A DNA stretch of 39,374 bases from Prolixibacteraceae bacterium (GCA_027858145.1 JAQIDF010000218.1:1-39374); one strand, 5' to 3'; positions 1 to 10,493 are shown, numbered from the stretch's first letter. Notes: generated by a model not told the origin, from the sequence alone. Numbers and translations are program-made.

Positions 1-258
1 GAGCAACAAAACGTTAAGCTCGAAACCCGTCGAAAGGGTAATAAATGGTTTATAAAACCAGTTCTTACCCTCGATAAAAAGCTTTTTAAATACCCTTTAA
101 CCATGGTTTTACAGAAAAATGGAATCCGGAAACTTTCGGTTAAGCAAGGTCGAAAAAAACTGGCAGTGGAAATTCTTCCCGACAAAGCTATGTTCGATTT
201 TGACCCAAATGGAGGGAAAATAATAATTACTACAACTGTGGGATCATTCGAACGCTGA
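1..258 (+). CDS. 3' end of a gene truncated by the window edge; possibly the C-terminus of a Bacteroidota polysaccharide-deacetylase-family protein
   Basis: Frame 1 is open from base 1 to TGA at 256-258: EQQNVKLETRRKGNKWFIKPVLTLDKKLFKYPLTMVLQKNGIRKLSVKQGRKKLAVEILPDKAMFDFDPNGGKIIITTTVGSFER*. Not in the ORF track. The family guess comes from recalled similarity of the PLTMV...FDFDPxGGxI tail and is weak. Confidence 0.6.
   Translation, partial: EQQNVKLETRRKGNKWFIKPVLTLDKKLFKYPLTMVLQKNGIRKLSVKQGRKKLAVEILPDKAMFDFDPNGGKIIITTTVGSFER
102..232 (+). repeat. 131-bp direct repeat, copy 1 (inside the 3' end of the first CDS)
   Basis: catggttttacagaaaaatggaatcc...ggagggaaaataataattacta aligns without gaps to 10556-10686; I count 11 mismatches in 131 nt. 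Confidence 0.95.
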
Positions 259-375
259 TGTAAGAAGAAAAGTAAGGCGAAATTATATTCTGTTGCGCTC
301 TTAAACAATGTAAAAATTAAATTAGAAACAAATATTAGTGAAAGTACAAAAGGCCGAACTAGTTTTTGGACCTCC

Positions 376-3246
376 ATGGTGCAAAAAAACGATATGATAA
401 AACCCTTAATTGAAACAACTGGAATCTTTTCAATTATAAGGCTGATTGGGCGTTTTTTCAATAATGCTTATTTCGGCTGGCTACGCTGTTGCTGTATAAC
501 TATGCTTTGTTTCTATTGTGTAACAGCATTCGCAGGTTCACCACAGGCTCCGAGCAATACGAAAATCATAGACAACTTTTCCTCCTTAGGTATCGACCAG
601 TCGCAGCCCAGGTTTGCATGGATATTACATGATAAAGAACGCGGGCAAATTCAAACAGCCTACCAGGTAATGGTGGTGACAAAGACAGACAATTTCGAAA
701 ATTCGAATAACGTGGTTTGGAATAGCGGTAAGCAGCTTTCAAATGAACAGTATGGTATTGTTTATAGCGGCAAACCCTTGCTTTCAACTACCCAATACTG
801 GTGGAAAGTGAGAACATGGAATAAAGACAGTGTGGCATCGCCCTGGAGTACTCCCGTTAGTTTTGTAACCGGCTTTTTGCGTCCGGGTGATTGGGCCGCA
901 AACACACAATGGATTCGTCTTCCGAAAGCTGTAAGTAAAGAAGTTAATCCCTTGCCGATGTTCAGAAAGGAATTTACGGTAAGTAAAAAGGTGAGCAGTG
1001 CCTGGCTGTATATCAGCGGACTGGGTCAGTTTAACAGTTTCCTCAATGGCGCGAAAATCGGTGACAACGTGATTGATCCAGCCTGGACAGACTATAGTAA
1101 AACGGTGAATTATGTGACTTTTGACCTGACCTCAAAACTCAGGACAGGAAAAAATGCGATAGGTGTAATGTTAGGCAATGGTTTATTCGCACGTAAAGCC
1201 ATGCGTGATTTCGGCCCTTTGGTCATGATTGCTCAGCTCCATATTAACTTCGCCGACGGTACATCAACCGACATTGTTTCAGATAACACCTGGAAAGTAA
1301 GGGAGAGCCCTTATACGTTAACTGCCTTCAACGCCACGGAGCACTATGATGCCCGATTGGCGGTAGAGGGCTGGGATTCACCGGGGCTTGACGATCGGGA
1401 ATGGAAGAATGCGGTGGTCGCTAAAGCTCCTGAGGGGAAGCTTATCGCTCAAAGTTCACCTCCTGTTACCGCCCGCAAAACGTTTGAACCCGTTAAGATA
1501 AGTTCGCCGGCTCCAGGGATTTTAGTTTACGACTTCGGCCAGAATATGAGCGGAACATTCGATGTTGTTTTGCGCGGGCAGCGGGGAGCTATGGTCACCA
1601 TCTTTCCCGGTGAAGCGACCACCGCCGATGGACGCATTATTCAGGGTCGCACATCCGGCTGTTTATATACATTGAACGGTAAGGGAGACGAGCATTGGCG
1701 ACTAAGTTTTTCAAGCATCGGCTTTAGATACCTTGAATTCAGAGACGTGGCTACCAAAACCTCAGCAAGCACCCTGCCAGTGGTAGGTAAGGTTAACGCG
1801 CAATTTGTGTATACCGCCTCCCGTGAAACCGGCTCATTCCGTGCATCAGACCAGCGTTATAACCAGATTTTTGACATGGTGTTAAACGGTCTGCGGAGTA
1901 ATATGATTAGCATTCATACCGACGGACCGAATTATGAAAGGCTTGGATGGCAGGAGGTAGTGCATACGCTTTTCCCCGGCTCATCCTATTATTTTGATCT
2001 TCATAACCTGTACTCAAAAATTGTAGAGGATGTAAAAAGCGCGCAGCGTGTGTCAGGCTTGAGTCCGAGTATTGCACCCAATTACTGGTCAACAGAAAAT
2101 ACACCATCCCGCGGTGTTTTTGATGATTCACCCGCATGGGGCGCATCGATGATCGCATTGCCGTGGCAGCTATACCAGGTTTACGGTGACAGCAGTGTTT
2201 TAAGGAATGCTCTGCCTAATATGAAAAAATACCTGGCCTATCTGAAAACGAAAGAAACTCCGGCAGGTGTGGTCAGTTATGGACTGGGCGACTGGATGGC
2301 TCCTGGGGGTACTTCAGTACCCAATGTAGAAGGAGCTATATACGTGATGGATACTAAAATTATGCATGAGGCAACGAAACTGTTTAAGACACAGGACGCT
2401 AGTTATTTTAAGGATGAATATGAGCGTGTCAGGGCGGCTTATAACCTTAAATATTATGATCAGGATAAGAAAACGTATCTTCCTGCCTCTCAGGCTAATT
2501 TGTCTATGCCTTTAGCCTTCGGAATCGTGCCGGAGGCTGACCGCAAGGCCGTTATGGAGCAGCTGGTGAAAGTTATAGGGAATCCTGTAGCAATAGTTGA
2601 TTCATCGAGGTGGGGTGCAAAGCCCGGACAATTCGGACCTGTTTTACCTGATCATATTACCACAGGGGACATCGGGACAACTTACCTTTGGCGGTCACTG
2701 GGAGATGCCGGACAAGCGGATCTGGTTCAGAAGATGATCATGCAGGAGGAGAGGCCAAGTTACTGGAGTATGATTAAATATGGATTCACCACCCTTCCGG
2801 AGAATTGGAACTATCCCAAAACGCGCAGTAACAATCATGATATGTACGCAGGTATTTTTGAATGGTTTTTCAGGTCGCTGGGCGGTATCTCCGCAATAAA
2901 GCCGGGTTTTGAAGAAATCTCTTTAAAACCTGAATTTCCGGTAGGACTTGAAAGTGTCTCTACCTCTGCAGGGTCAGTGAGGGGACTGATACGCTCGTCA
3001 TGGACGAATGAAAATGGCCAGGTTAATTGGAAAGTTACAATCCCTGTCAACTCCACAGCAAGCGTTTACATACCATATAGTACCGATAGAACGATAGCAG
3101 AGGGTGGAAAAAGAATTTGGGTAAACGGTAGCGCTTCTGGAAGTGTACCTGGACTGAAATTGAAAGGAGTAGAGATCGATGCCGATTCGGGAAATAAATA
3201 TGTAGTTTGGACGGTGGGCTCCGGTGACTATGAATTTAAATGGTAG
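376..3246 (+). CDS. GH78-family glycoside hydrolase (alpha-L-rhamnosidase-like), secreted
   Basis: N-terminal FN3-like QTAYQV...YWWKVRTW, LYISGLG/DPAWTDY, YDFGQN, FRYLE, catalytic-region HTDGPNYERLGWQE, GLGDW, TTLPENW, SNNHDM, C-terminal IPVNSTA...VGSGDYEF. The true start may be downstream (e.g. ATG 502, MLCFYCVTAFA signal). Confidence 0.9.
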   Translation: MVQKNDMIKPLIETTGIFSIIRLIGRFFNNAYFGWLRCCCITMLCFYCVTAFAGSPQAPSNTKIIDNFSSLGIDQSQPRFAWILHDKERGQIQTAYQVMVVTKTDNFENSNNVVWNSGKQLSNEQYGIVYSGKPLLSTTQYWWKVRTWNKDSVASPWSTPVSFVTGFLRPGDWAANTQWIRLPKAVSKEVNPLPMFRKEFTVSKKVSSAWLYISGLGQFNSFLNGAKIGDNVIDPAWTDYSKTVNYVTFDLTSKLRTGKNAIGVMLGNGLFARKAMRDFGPLVMIAQLHINFADGTSTDIVSDNTWKVRESPYTLTAFNATEHYDARLAVEGWDSPGLDDREWKNAVVAKAPEGKLIAQSSPPVTARKTFEPVKISSPAPGILVYDFGQNMSGTFDVVLRGQRGAMVTIFPGEATTADGRIIQGRTSGCLYTLNGKGDEHWRLSFSSIGFRYLEFRDVATKTSASTLPVVGKVNAQFVYTASRETGSFRASDQRYNQIFDMVLNGLRSNMISIHTDGPNYERLGWQEVVHTLFPGSSYYFDLHNLYSKIVEDVKSAQRVSGLSPSIAPNYWSTENTPSRGVFDDSPAWGASMIALPWQLYQVYGDSSVLRNALPNMKKYLAYLKTKETPAGVVSYGLGDWMAPGGTSVPNVEGAIYVMDTKIMHEATKLFKTQDASYFKDEYERVRAAYNLKYYDQDKKTYLPASQANLSMPLAFGIVPEADRKAVMEQLVKVIGNPVAIVDSSRWGAKPGQFGPVLPDHITTGDIGTTYLWRSLGDAGQADLVQKMIMQEERPSYWSMIKYGFTTLPENWNYPKTRSNNHDMYAGIFEWFFRSLGGISAIKPGFEEISLKPEFPVGLESVSTSAGSVRGLIRSSWTNENGQVNWKVTIPVNSTASVYIPYSTDRTIAEGGKRIWVNGSASGSVPGLKLKGVEIDADSGNKYVVWTVGSGDYEFKW

Positions 3247-3379
3247 TCTGCTGGTAGGAACCCAGATTTTCAAAAGGTTAATAACAATACTCATTTTACC
3301 TTTCCATTTTGCGCTTGAGCCTTACATGTTTGGTTTAAAAACAGTACTTTGATTAAGTTTAACTATTACCAATACAATT

Positions 3380-4672
3380 ATGACTAGGATTTTATTCGTT
3401 AAAAACAAGTGGAAGTGCATGATGTTTATGTTGCTTGTTCCGGTATTTGCTAATGCATCTGTTCGTTATGAAGAGCCGTCAAGCAAACACGTTTCAATTG
3501 AACACAGTGGTTCAGCAAATCATAAAAACTGGAATTCCGTACCGGATAGCCTTGCGAAGTTTAGTCTGGTCAGCAGTTCTCATAAGGGTGTTGCTGCAGA
3601 TTATACAAAACCCTTGCAACTTACTTTTAATCAGGATGTTGATGAAAATAAGCTTAAAGACATTATTATTACCGAGGGTGGAGCAAATCGCGAGCCTATA
3701 GGTGCCGATACCAAAATACTTTCTGGTAAGTGGGTACTGTCAAGCACTCCCAGAATGATTATTTTCAATCCAGCCCAAAAATTCAAGCCTGGAATGTTTG
3801 TCTCGTTAACTATTCCTGAAACGTTTAAAAGTTTGGCAGGGGTGAGTTTTACGGGAGGGAAAGATCTGATCAGCTTCATCATGGATAATGGGGAGAAGAA
3901 GGGGCAACGTACAACCAAAATAGACACCTTAAAAGTAGTGGATAATAACCTCATTCCATTAATGATCAGTGTGCCTAATACTGCAGAGAAGCATCCGGTT
4001 ATGATATTTGTACACGGTGGTGGCTGGTCGGGAGGTACACCAGCCTTGTCATCTGCTTCATTGCCTGTTGGACATACTGCAAGTTATCTTTGCGATAAAT
4101 TAGGTGTAGCGGTGGTTGGCGTTGGCTATAGATGCATTGGTTCCAATGGCAGCTTTGCCAAGGCCAAGGCCGATATAGAAGACGCGGTAAAATACGTTAA
4201 AGAACATGCGGCTGAGTATAATCTAGACCTTAGCAGACTGGGTATTTGCGGCGAATCTGCTGGTGCTCCGCTATCCGCCATTATTGCCCAGCAGGATAAG
4301 GACATCAAATATTACATTGGATGGAACGGTATTTACGATTTTGTAAATGATAGTGATGGGAAGTTTGGTCAGGGGAATGGTTACGGACAGGAGGATCCAT
4401 CTGCCGAGGCAAATTCAGCGTTATTTCACATTCGGCGACCGTCACCTCCAATAACACTGTTGATACACGGAACGAATGACTCGACAATTAATTATCGTCA
4501 AAGTGTCGTGTTTGACCAGGCTATTAAAGACGCGGGTGGATATTCTAAACTTATCCTGTTCGAAGGCCAGCCACATTGGTCTTATTATGCTCCGGGCGGA
4601 AAATATGAACTGTCAACCCTGTACCAGATCAAAGACTTTTTAATAAATAAGATGGCTTTAAAGGTGAAATAG
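3380..4672 (+). CDS. secreted alpha/beta-hydrolase esterase (HSL/BD-FAE-like) with N-terminal Ig-like (SbsA/Big_5-like) domain
   Basis: Signal peptide; VHGGGW oxyanion motif, GESAG nucleophile elbow, IHGTND, QPHW. The N-terminal ~170 aa (LQLTFNQDVD...IIFNPAQKF...LTIPETFKSLAG) resembles an Ig-like spacer. Confidence 0.82.
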   Translation: MTRILFVKNKWKCMMFMLLVPVFANASVRYEEPSSKHVSIEHSGSANHKNWNSVPDSLAKFSLVSSSHKGVAADYTKPLQLTFNQDVDENKLKDIIITEGGANREPIGADTKILSGKWVLSSTPRMIIFNPAQKFKPGMFVSLTIPETFKSLAGVSFTGGKDLISFIMDNGEKKGQRTTKIDTLKVVDNNLIPLMISVPNTAEKHPVMIFVHGGGWSGGTPALSSASLPVGHTASYLCDKLGVAVVGVGYRCIGSNGSFAKAKADIEDAVKYVKEHAAEYNLDLSRLGICGESAGAPLSAIIAQQDKDIKYYIGWNGIYDFVNDSDGKFGQGNGYGQEDPSAEANSALFHIRRPSPPITLLIHGTNDSTINYRQSVVFDQAIKDAGGYSKLILFEGQPHWSYYAPGGKYELSTLYQIKDFLINKMALKVK

Positions 4673-4774
4673 CTGTGGCTATGCTTCATTCAGTACATGA
4701 ACGTAAGTGCCAATTTTCCTATTCAAGATTCAAATAATAGGTCTAAACGCCTATGATTAAAAAACTTTAAATTA

Positions 4775-7162
4775 ATGATTAAAACGAACAGAATGAAATT
4801 TATCTACACCACTATTTTTCTGGTAATATCTGTTCTGTGCCAGGCACAGAACCAAAGGGAGAAAAAAAATTTTGATTTCGACTGGAGGTTTTCACTTGTC
4901 GATACCACTGAGGCGGTCAATCCTACCTTTGATGACAGCAATTGGCAAGAAATTCAATTGCCTCATGACTGGAGTATCAAACAACTAGCATCAAAGGAAA
5001 ATTCCGGAAAAGGATGGATGGGAGGTGCAATGGGTTATTTGCCGGGAGGTATTGGATGGTACCGTAAAAACTTTACCATCCCCGAAACTTATGAAAACAA
5101 AAAGCTAACCATTCAATTTGATGGTGTATATCATCAAAGCGATGTGTACATTAATGGGAAGCATTTAGGGTTTCACCCATACGGTTATACAACATTCGAA
5201 TATGACCTGACTCCGTACTTAAACTATGGCGGAAAGAATACAATTGCCGTGAGAGTAGATCATAGTAAAATTCCTTCCTCGCGTTGGTATTCAGGTTCTG
5301 GAATTTACAGACATATTTGGCTGAAAGTTACAAATCAGGTACATGTAGCTACATGGGGAACATACATCACGACTCCGGAGATTTCGGAAAAGGAAGCAAA
5401 AGTCAACATAGCTACCACCATTAATAATGACACTCAAAATCCGGTAGAAGTTTCAGTACAAAACCAGATTGTTGACAAACAAGGAAAGAGAATTGCTCTG
5501 GAGAAGTCAGTACTTCAGGTTGGCAAATCGGAGCAGAAAATGCTGCCGCAATCCTTAAGTCTCCTGAAACCTCAGCTTTGGTCACTCGAAAAACCTTACC
5601 TGTACACGATGGAAACAACAGTGAAAGTAAATGGTAAAGAGGTTGACCGATATACTTCACCATTTGGTGTTAGAGAAATCAGGTTCGATGCAAATAAAGG
5701 ATTTTTCCTCAATGGAAAGAATATCAAAATGAAGGGCATGAACCTTCACCCGGATGCCGGGTCTCTGGGTACTGCAGTCCCCGACAGGTCTTATTTGCGG
5801 AGGCTTCAAATACTCAAGGAGTATGGCACCAATGCCATTCGCTGTTCACACAATCCTCCCACCTCGGAGTTTTTAGATATGTGCGACAGCTTGGGTTTTT
5901 TGGTTATTGATGAAGCATTTGATAAATGGAAAGGCATGTATTATGGGAAGTATTTTGATGAATGTTGGCAGCGGGATATTAACGCCATGGTACTCCGGGA
6001 TCGCAATCATCCTTCGATTGTACTATGGAGTATCGGAAATGAAACAGGTGAGCAACATGATAAAACCGAAGAAGGGGGTAAACGTGCCCTTATGCTGAGG
6101 GATTATGTCCATGAACTGGATCCCACCCGGTTGGTGACCGCTGCACTTCAACCCGATAAATCGAGAAGGTACAACTCAAACGGATTTGCGCAGGCGCTCG
6201 ACGTGGTTGGGTACAACTATCAGGAACCCTGGCTGAAAGATGAGCATAAAAAATATCCGGACCGCATCATGTACGTATCCGAGGCTTACCCGTATTACCG
6301 GGGAAAAGGCCCTGAATACAAAGCGTTTTACCCGGTAAACCCGTGGTACGACGTAGCCGATAACGATTTTGTTTTCGGCCAGTTTATTTGGGCAGGTGTG
6401 GATTATTTGGGCGAAAGCAGCGGGTGGCCTAGCGTAGGATGGGTTACCTCCCCCTTTGATGTCTGCATGTTTGAAAAGCCATCTGCGGCATTTCACCGGT
6501 CAGTCTGGAATGATAAACCAATGGTCAGAATCGCTGTAGTAGATCAATCATTGAATATTGATCCCGGTAAACCTCATTGGAGCTGGCCATTTCTGGCAGA
6601 TCATTGGACTTTTCCACAGTATGAAGGGCATGTTATCCATGTACAAACCACGACGAATTGCGACAGCGTAACCTTGGTGTTGAATAATAATACTTTAGGG
6701 ACCAACAAAACCTCTGAATTCCCAAACAATACGATTGATTGGTATGTACCTTATGAAAAAGGCAGTATTGTTGCAAAGGGATATAAGGGTGGTCAGGAAG
6801 TGGCAACCTATGAATTAAAAACAGCCGGCAAACCTGCACAAATTCTCCTGACGTCAGATCGCCAACAGATTATTGCCGATGGCCAGGATTTGTCGCATAT
6901 TACTATTAAACTTTCGGATGAACAGGGCACGGTGGTTCCAAATGCTGATCAGGAAATTATGGTAGAGGTAGTTGGCAATGGCAGATTGCTAGTCCTGGAT
7001 AATGGAGATCTTAGGCGAAATTCCTTCACCGGAAACTCAATCTCAACGTATTTTGGAAAAGCGCTACTTACGGTTCAATCAAGTTGTTCTGCGGGGAATA
7101 TAAAAGTAATGGTAAAATCCAAAGGGTTTCCTGATTCGATCTTACAGATCACAACTGAATAG
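4775..7162 (+). CDS. GH2 glycoside hydrolase (beta-galactosidase-like, DUF4982-type C-terminus)
   Basis: LPHDWSI, GWYRK, FDGVY, SRWYSGSGIYRH, NAIRCSHNP, RDRNHPSIVLWSIGNE (acid/base), VSEA (nucleophile), FIWAGVDYLGE; signal peptide. The start could be the ATG at 4793. Confidence 0.93.
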   Translation: MIKTNRMKFIYTTIFLVISVLCQAQNQREKKNFDFDWRFSLVDTTEAVNPTFDDSNWQEIQLPHDWSIKQLASKENSGKGWMGGAMGYLPGGIGWYRKNFTIPETYENKKLTIQFDGVYHQSDVYINGKHLGFHPYGYTTFEYDLTPYLNYGGKNTIAVRVDHSKIPSSRWYSGSGIYRHIWLKVTNQVHVATWGTYITTPEISEKEAKVNIATTINNDTQNPVEVSVQNQIVDKQGKRIALEKSVLQVGKSEQKMLPQSLSLLKPQLWSLEKPYLYTMETTVKVNGKEVDRYTSPFGVREIRFDANKGFFLNGKNIKMKGMNLHPDAGSLGTAVPDRSYLRRLQILKEYGTNAIRCSHNPPTSEFLDMCDSLGFLVIDEAFDKWKGMYYGKYFDECWQRDINAMVLRDRNHPSIVLWSIGNETGEQHDKTEEGGKRALMLRDYVHELDPTRLVTAALQPDKSRRYNSNGFAQALDVVGYNYQEPWLKDEHKKYPDRIMYVSEAYPYYRGKGPEYKAFYPVNPWYDVADNDFVFGQFIWAGVDYLGESSGWPSVGWVTSPFDVCMFEKPSAAFHRSVWNDKPMVRIAVVDQSLNIDPGKPHWSWPFLADHWTFPQYEGHVIHVQTTTNCDSVTLVLNNNTLGTNKTSEFPNNTIDWYVPYEKGSIVAKGYKGGQEVATYELKTAGKPAQILLTSDRQQIIADGQDLSHITIKLSDEQGTVVPNADQEIMVEVVGNGRLLVLDNGDLRRNSFTGNSISTYFGKALLTVQSSCSAGNIKVMVKSKGFPDSILQITTE

Positions 7163-7286
7163 AAATTAAATTTTATGATCTAACTAAAGGAGTAGAGAAA
7201 GTTTAATTAATATATGAGAAATAAATATTTTGAAGGTTATTTTATTGATTTCCGATATAAAAACAATCAACATCAATAATTTACGT

Positions 7287-10200
7287 ATGAAACACGCCTT
7301 GCTAGCTAATTTATTTTTGATTTTCTTTTGGAATGGAATCTCAATTTTTGCAGCCGTTCCCGAATCTCCTTCTAATTGTCGTATACAGGATTATTATTCA
7401 TCCTTAGGTATAGACACAAAAACGCCACGTTTCAGTTGGGTTATTAACGACAATGACCGTGGAGAAAAACAAACAGCCTACGAAATACTCGTAGCATCGG
7501 GAGAAGTAACTATCGACAGCAACCAAGGCGATTTGTGGAGTACAGGAAAAATTGGATCAGACAGCCAATACGGAATTGAATATAATGGACAGGCATTAAA
7601 AAGTACCACTAAATATTGGTGGAAAGTCCGCACTTGGGACAAAGACGGCAACGTTTCGCCTTGGAGTGCTAAAAACAGTTTTGTAACCGGGTTCTTAAAT
7701 GCTACCGATAAAGCCCCGAATGCTTATTGGATTTGTGCCCCCCAACAACGTGCAGGTTTGGCTTATGCTAATTGGATTTGGGACGATGTTCAATCGAAAA
7801 CAAACGATTTTAAGTCGATACTTGAAATACCGGAGGGAAAAACAATTGTTAGCGCTAAAGCCAGCATTACTGCCGATAGCACTTTTACATTCACTGTAAA
7901 TGATAAACTAGTTGCACAGGGTAATGACTTTACAACTATAACTGACATTGATTTGGCGTCTGTCCTTCATAGCGGATCAAACGTCCTGTTAATACATGCC
8001 CAAAAAGCCAGGTCGAATAAAAAGAAAGGCGGCGCAATTGTCCGTATTGAAGTACGGTTAAACAGTGGCGAGTTAATTCTTTGTTTAACTGATGACAGAG
8101 CATGGACTGTGGCCGGCGATAATGGTACATGGAAACCGGCAACTATTGTTGCTACTTTTGGCAGCGAACCCTGGTTGCCCCGGTTGTTTAAAAACATTAC
8201 TGTAAACGATCACCCTCCATATCTACGCAAAGTATTTCATGTCGATAAAAAAGTAAAAGAGGCTTATCTTTTCATTTCAGGTTTAGGCGTATTCGAAGCC
8301 TCTTTAAATGGGAAAAAAATTGGCAACCAGATAATCCCACCGGCATGGACTGACTATGATAAATCAGTAAACTACGTGACTTTCGATGTAAAAAATATGT
8401 TATTATCTGGCGCCAATGCGCTAGGTGTATTGCTTGGTAACGGTTGGTTCGATTATCAAAACAAAACGCTCATCAAACGGCATGGAATGGGAGAAAGTGT
8501 TCCCCGTATCAGGCAATACGGGATTATGCGATTATTCTCGCAACTCAATATTCAATATGAAGATGGATCAACAGAAATAATTGTATCTGACCCATCTTGG
8601 AAAACCAGCGAAAGTCCTTATACCATGGCTCATGTTTATGGTTCGGAACAATACGATGCCCGTTTGGAGCAACTTGGGTGGAATACCCTATTATTTTCGG
8701 ACAACAACTGGAAGCAGGCCGAGAAAATTGAAGCTCCCTTCGGTAATTTTGAAGCGCAAAAAGTGCCACCTGTTATTGAACGTGCTGTATATAAAACTAT
8801 TAAGCACACTACTCCGGCTCCTGATGTACAGGTATTTGATATAGGACAAAACATTAACGGTCAACACGAAATTAAGGTAAGTGGCCCGGCAGGGGCTGTA
8901 TTGACCATAGTGCCAGCCGAAGTACTTGATAATGGCAGGGCTCGCTCAATTAAATCTGATTTCGCAACTTATTCAACCTACACGTTGAAAGGGAATGGTA
9001 TCGAAACATGGAGGTTAACATTATCCACGGCAGGTTTTCGGTATATAGAAATTCAAGGGGCTACTAACGATAGTACCCGAAAAGACATACCTTTTATTCA
9101 CGATGTGAAAGGCTATTTTACGTATACTGCTGCCGATGAGGTCGGATCGTTCTATGCGTCCGACAAGCGGTACAATCAAATATACGATCTTGCACTTAAA
9201 ACGCTTCAAAGTAATCTGGTAACCATACATACTGATTGCCCGACTTATGAAAAACTTGGTTGGCAGGAAGTATTACCCACTACAGCTCCTTCATACGGTT
9301 ATTTGTTTAATACACAAGCGTTGTGGAATGGTTTGTCACAAAACCTTCGCGAAGCCCAACGAAACAATGGGCTTGTTCCCAATATAGTTCCCGTTTATAC
9401 CGCTGGAAGAGGCGATTACGATGATTCCCCGGCTTGGGGTGTTGCCATGTTTGCACTTCCGTGGTTGCAATATTGGACGTATGGCGACCAGAAAGTTTTA
9501 GAAGACAACTACCATGCTATGAGAAATTACCTCAACTATTTGAAAACAAGAGAAGATAAAGGAGGTGTTTTAGGTTATGGCTTAGGTGATTGGATGGCTC
9601 CGGCAGGTACTCAAAAAGCAAATGTGGAAGGTTCGATTTACGTTTGGGATGTAAAATTGATGAGAAACATTGCCGAAGTTTTAAAGCAAACAGACGATTA
9701 TGTATTTTTCTCTAAAGAGTTTACAAGGGTTAAAGATGCTTATAACAAAGCATTTTTAGATACAGTAAAGGGACAATACAAACCCAATGTTCAGGTTAAT
9801 CAAACTTTGCCACTTGCCTTCGGAATTGTTCCTGATAATAACATACAATCCGTTTCTAAAGCTTTGAGAGAAGTAATAGCAAAACCCGACGGCAAAATTG
9901 GTGTTAATGGAAATTTCGGCCCTGTGTTACCAAATCATTTAACTGTTGGCGACATAGGGGCTACCTATTTGTTTCGGGTCTTGGGCGATATGGGACATTC
10001 TGACCTTGTAGATACCATAATGATGCAACCCGATTATCCGAGTTTCTACAATTTTATAAAGCTGGGGCTTACTACAATTCCCGAAAACTGGCGGTTCGAC
10101 AAGTCACGGTCAATGAACCACGATATGTATGCAGGAATATTGGAATGGTATTATCGATCCGTAGCCGGCATCTCAAATATCGAACCGGGTTATAAGAGAA

Positions 10201-10493
10201 TTCAGATAAAACCGGCATTTAACTTAGATTTAAGCGAAGTCAAATGCTCTTATAAATCTGTCAGGGGAACAATCTCATCAAATTGGAAAAAAGAAGGTGA
10301 AAAAATAATTTTGGATATAAAAATCCCCGTAAATACAACTGCTGAAGTATATATTCCAGCTAAAAAAGCCGAATCAATAACTGAAAACGGTAACCCTCTG
10401 ACAAAAATTAACGGCACGAAATTTTTACGCATTGAAAACGGGAATGCCATTTATGAACTGGGATCTGGTTCGTACAATTTTACTATTTTCTAA
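7287..10493 (+). CDS. GH78-family glycoside hydrolase with an inserted CBM67-like module, secreted
   Basis: Same motif order as 376..3246 (HTDCPTYEKLGWQE, GLGDWMAP, TTIPENW, SMNHDM) plus a ~150-aa insert ANWIW...ITADS...GSNVLLI...FGSEPW. ATG 7287 (MKHALL..., signal peptide) is preferred over the TTG at 7230. Confidence 0.9.
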   Translation: MKHALLANLFLIFFWNGISIFAAVPESPSNCRIQDYYSSLGIDTKTPRFSWVINDNDRGEKQTAYEILVASGEVTIDSNQGDLWSTGKIGSDSQYGIEYNGQALKSTTKYWWKVRTWDKDGNVSPWSAKNSFVTGFLNATDKAPNAYWICAPQQRAGLAYANWIWDDVQSKTNDFKSILEIPEGKTIVSAKASITADSTFTFTVNDKLVAQGNDFTTITDIDLASVLHSGSNVLLIHAQKARSNKKKGGAIVRIEVRLNSGELILCLTDDRAWTVAGDNGTWKPATIVATFGSEPWLPRLFKNITVNDHPPYLRKVFHVDKKVKEAYLFISGLGVFEASLNGKKIGNQIIPPAWTDYDKSVNYVTFDVKNMLLSGANALGVLLGNGWFDYQNKTLIKRHGMGESVPRIRQYGIMRLFSQLNIQYEDGSTEIIVSDPSWKTSESPYTMAHVYGSEQYDARLEQLGWNTLLFSDNNWKQAEKIEAPFGNFEAQKVPPVIERAVYKTIKHTTPAPDVQVFDIGQNINGQHEIKVSGPAGAVLTIVPAEVLDNGRARSIKSDFATYSTYTLKGNGIETWRLTLSTAGFRYIEIQGATNDSTRKDIPFIHDVKGYFTYTAADEVGSFYASDKRYNQIYDLALKTLQSNLVTIHTDCPTYEKLGWQEVLPTTAPSYGYLFNTQALWNGLSQNLREAQRNNGLVPNIVPVYTAGRGDYDDSPAWGVAMFALPWLQYWTYGDQKVLEDNYHAMRNYLNYLKTREDKGGVLGYGLGDWMAPAGTQKANVEGSIYVWDVKLMRNIAEVLKQTDDYVFFSKEFTRVKDAYNKAFLDTVKGQYKPNVQVNQTLPLAFGIVPDNNIQSVSKALREVIAKPDGKIGVNGNFGPVLPNHLTVGDIGATYLFRVLGDMGHSDLVDTIMMQPDYPSFYNFIKLGLTTIPENWRFDKSRSMNHDMYAGILEWYYRSVAGISNIEPGYKRIQIKPAFNLDLSEVKCSYKSVRGTISSNWKKEGEKIILDIKIPVNTTAEVYIPAKKAESITENGNPLTKINGTKFLRIENGNAIYELGSGSYNFTIF

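Noticed and set aside
7230-7286. TTG start for the second GH78
   Set aside because: ATG 7287 gives a normal signal peptide; the extension is AT-rich leader-like sequence.
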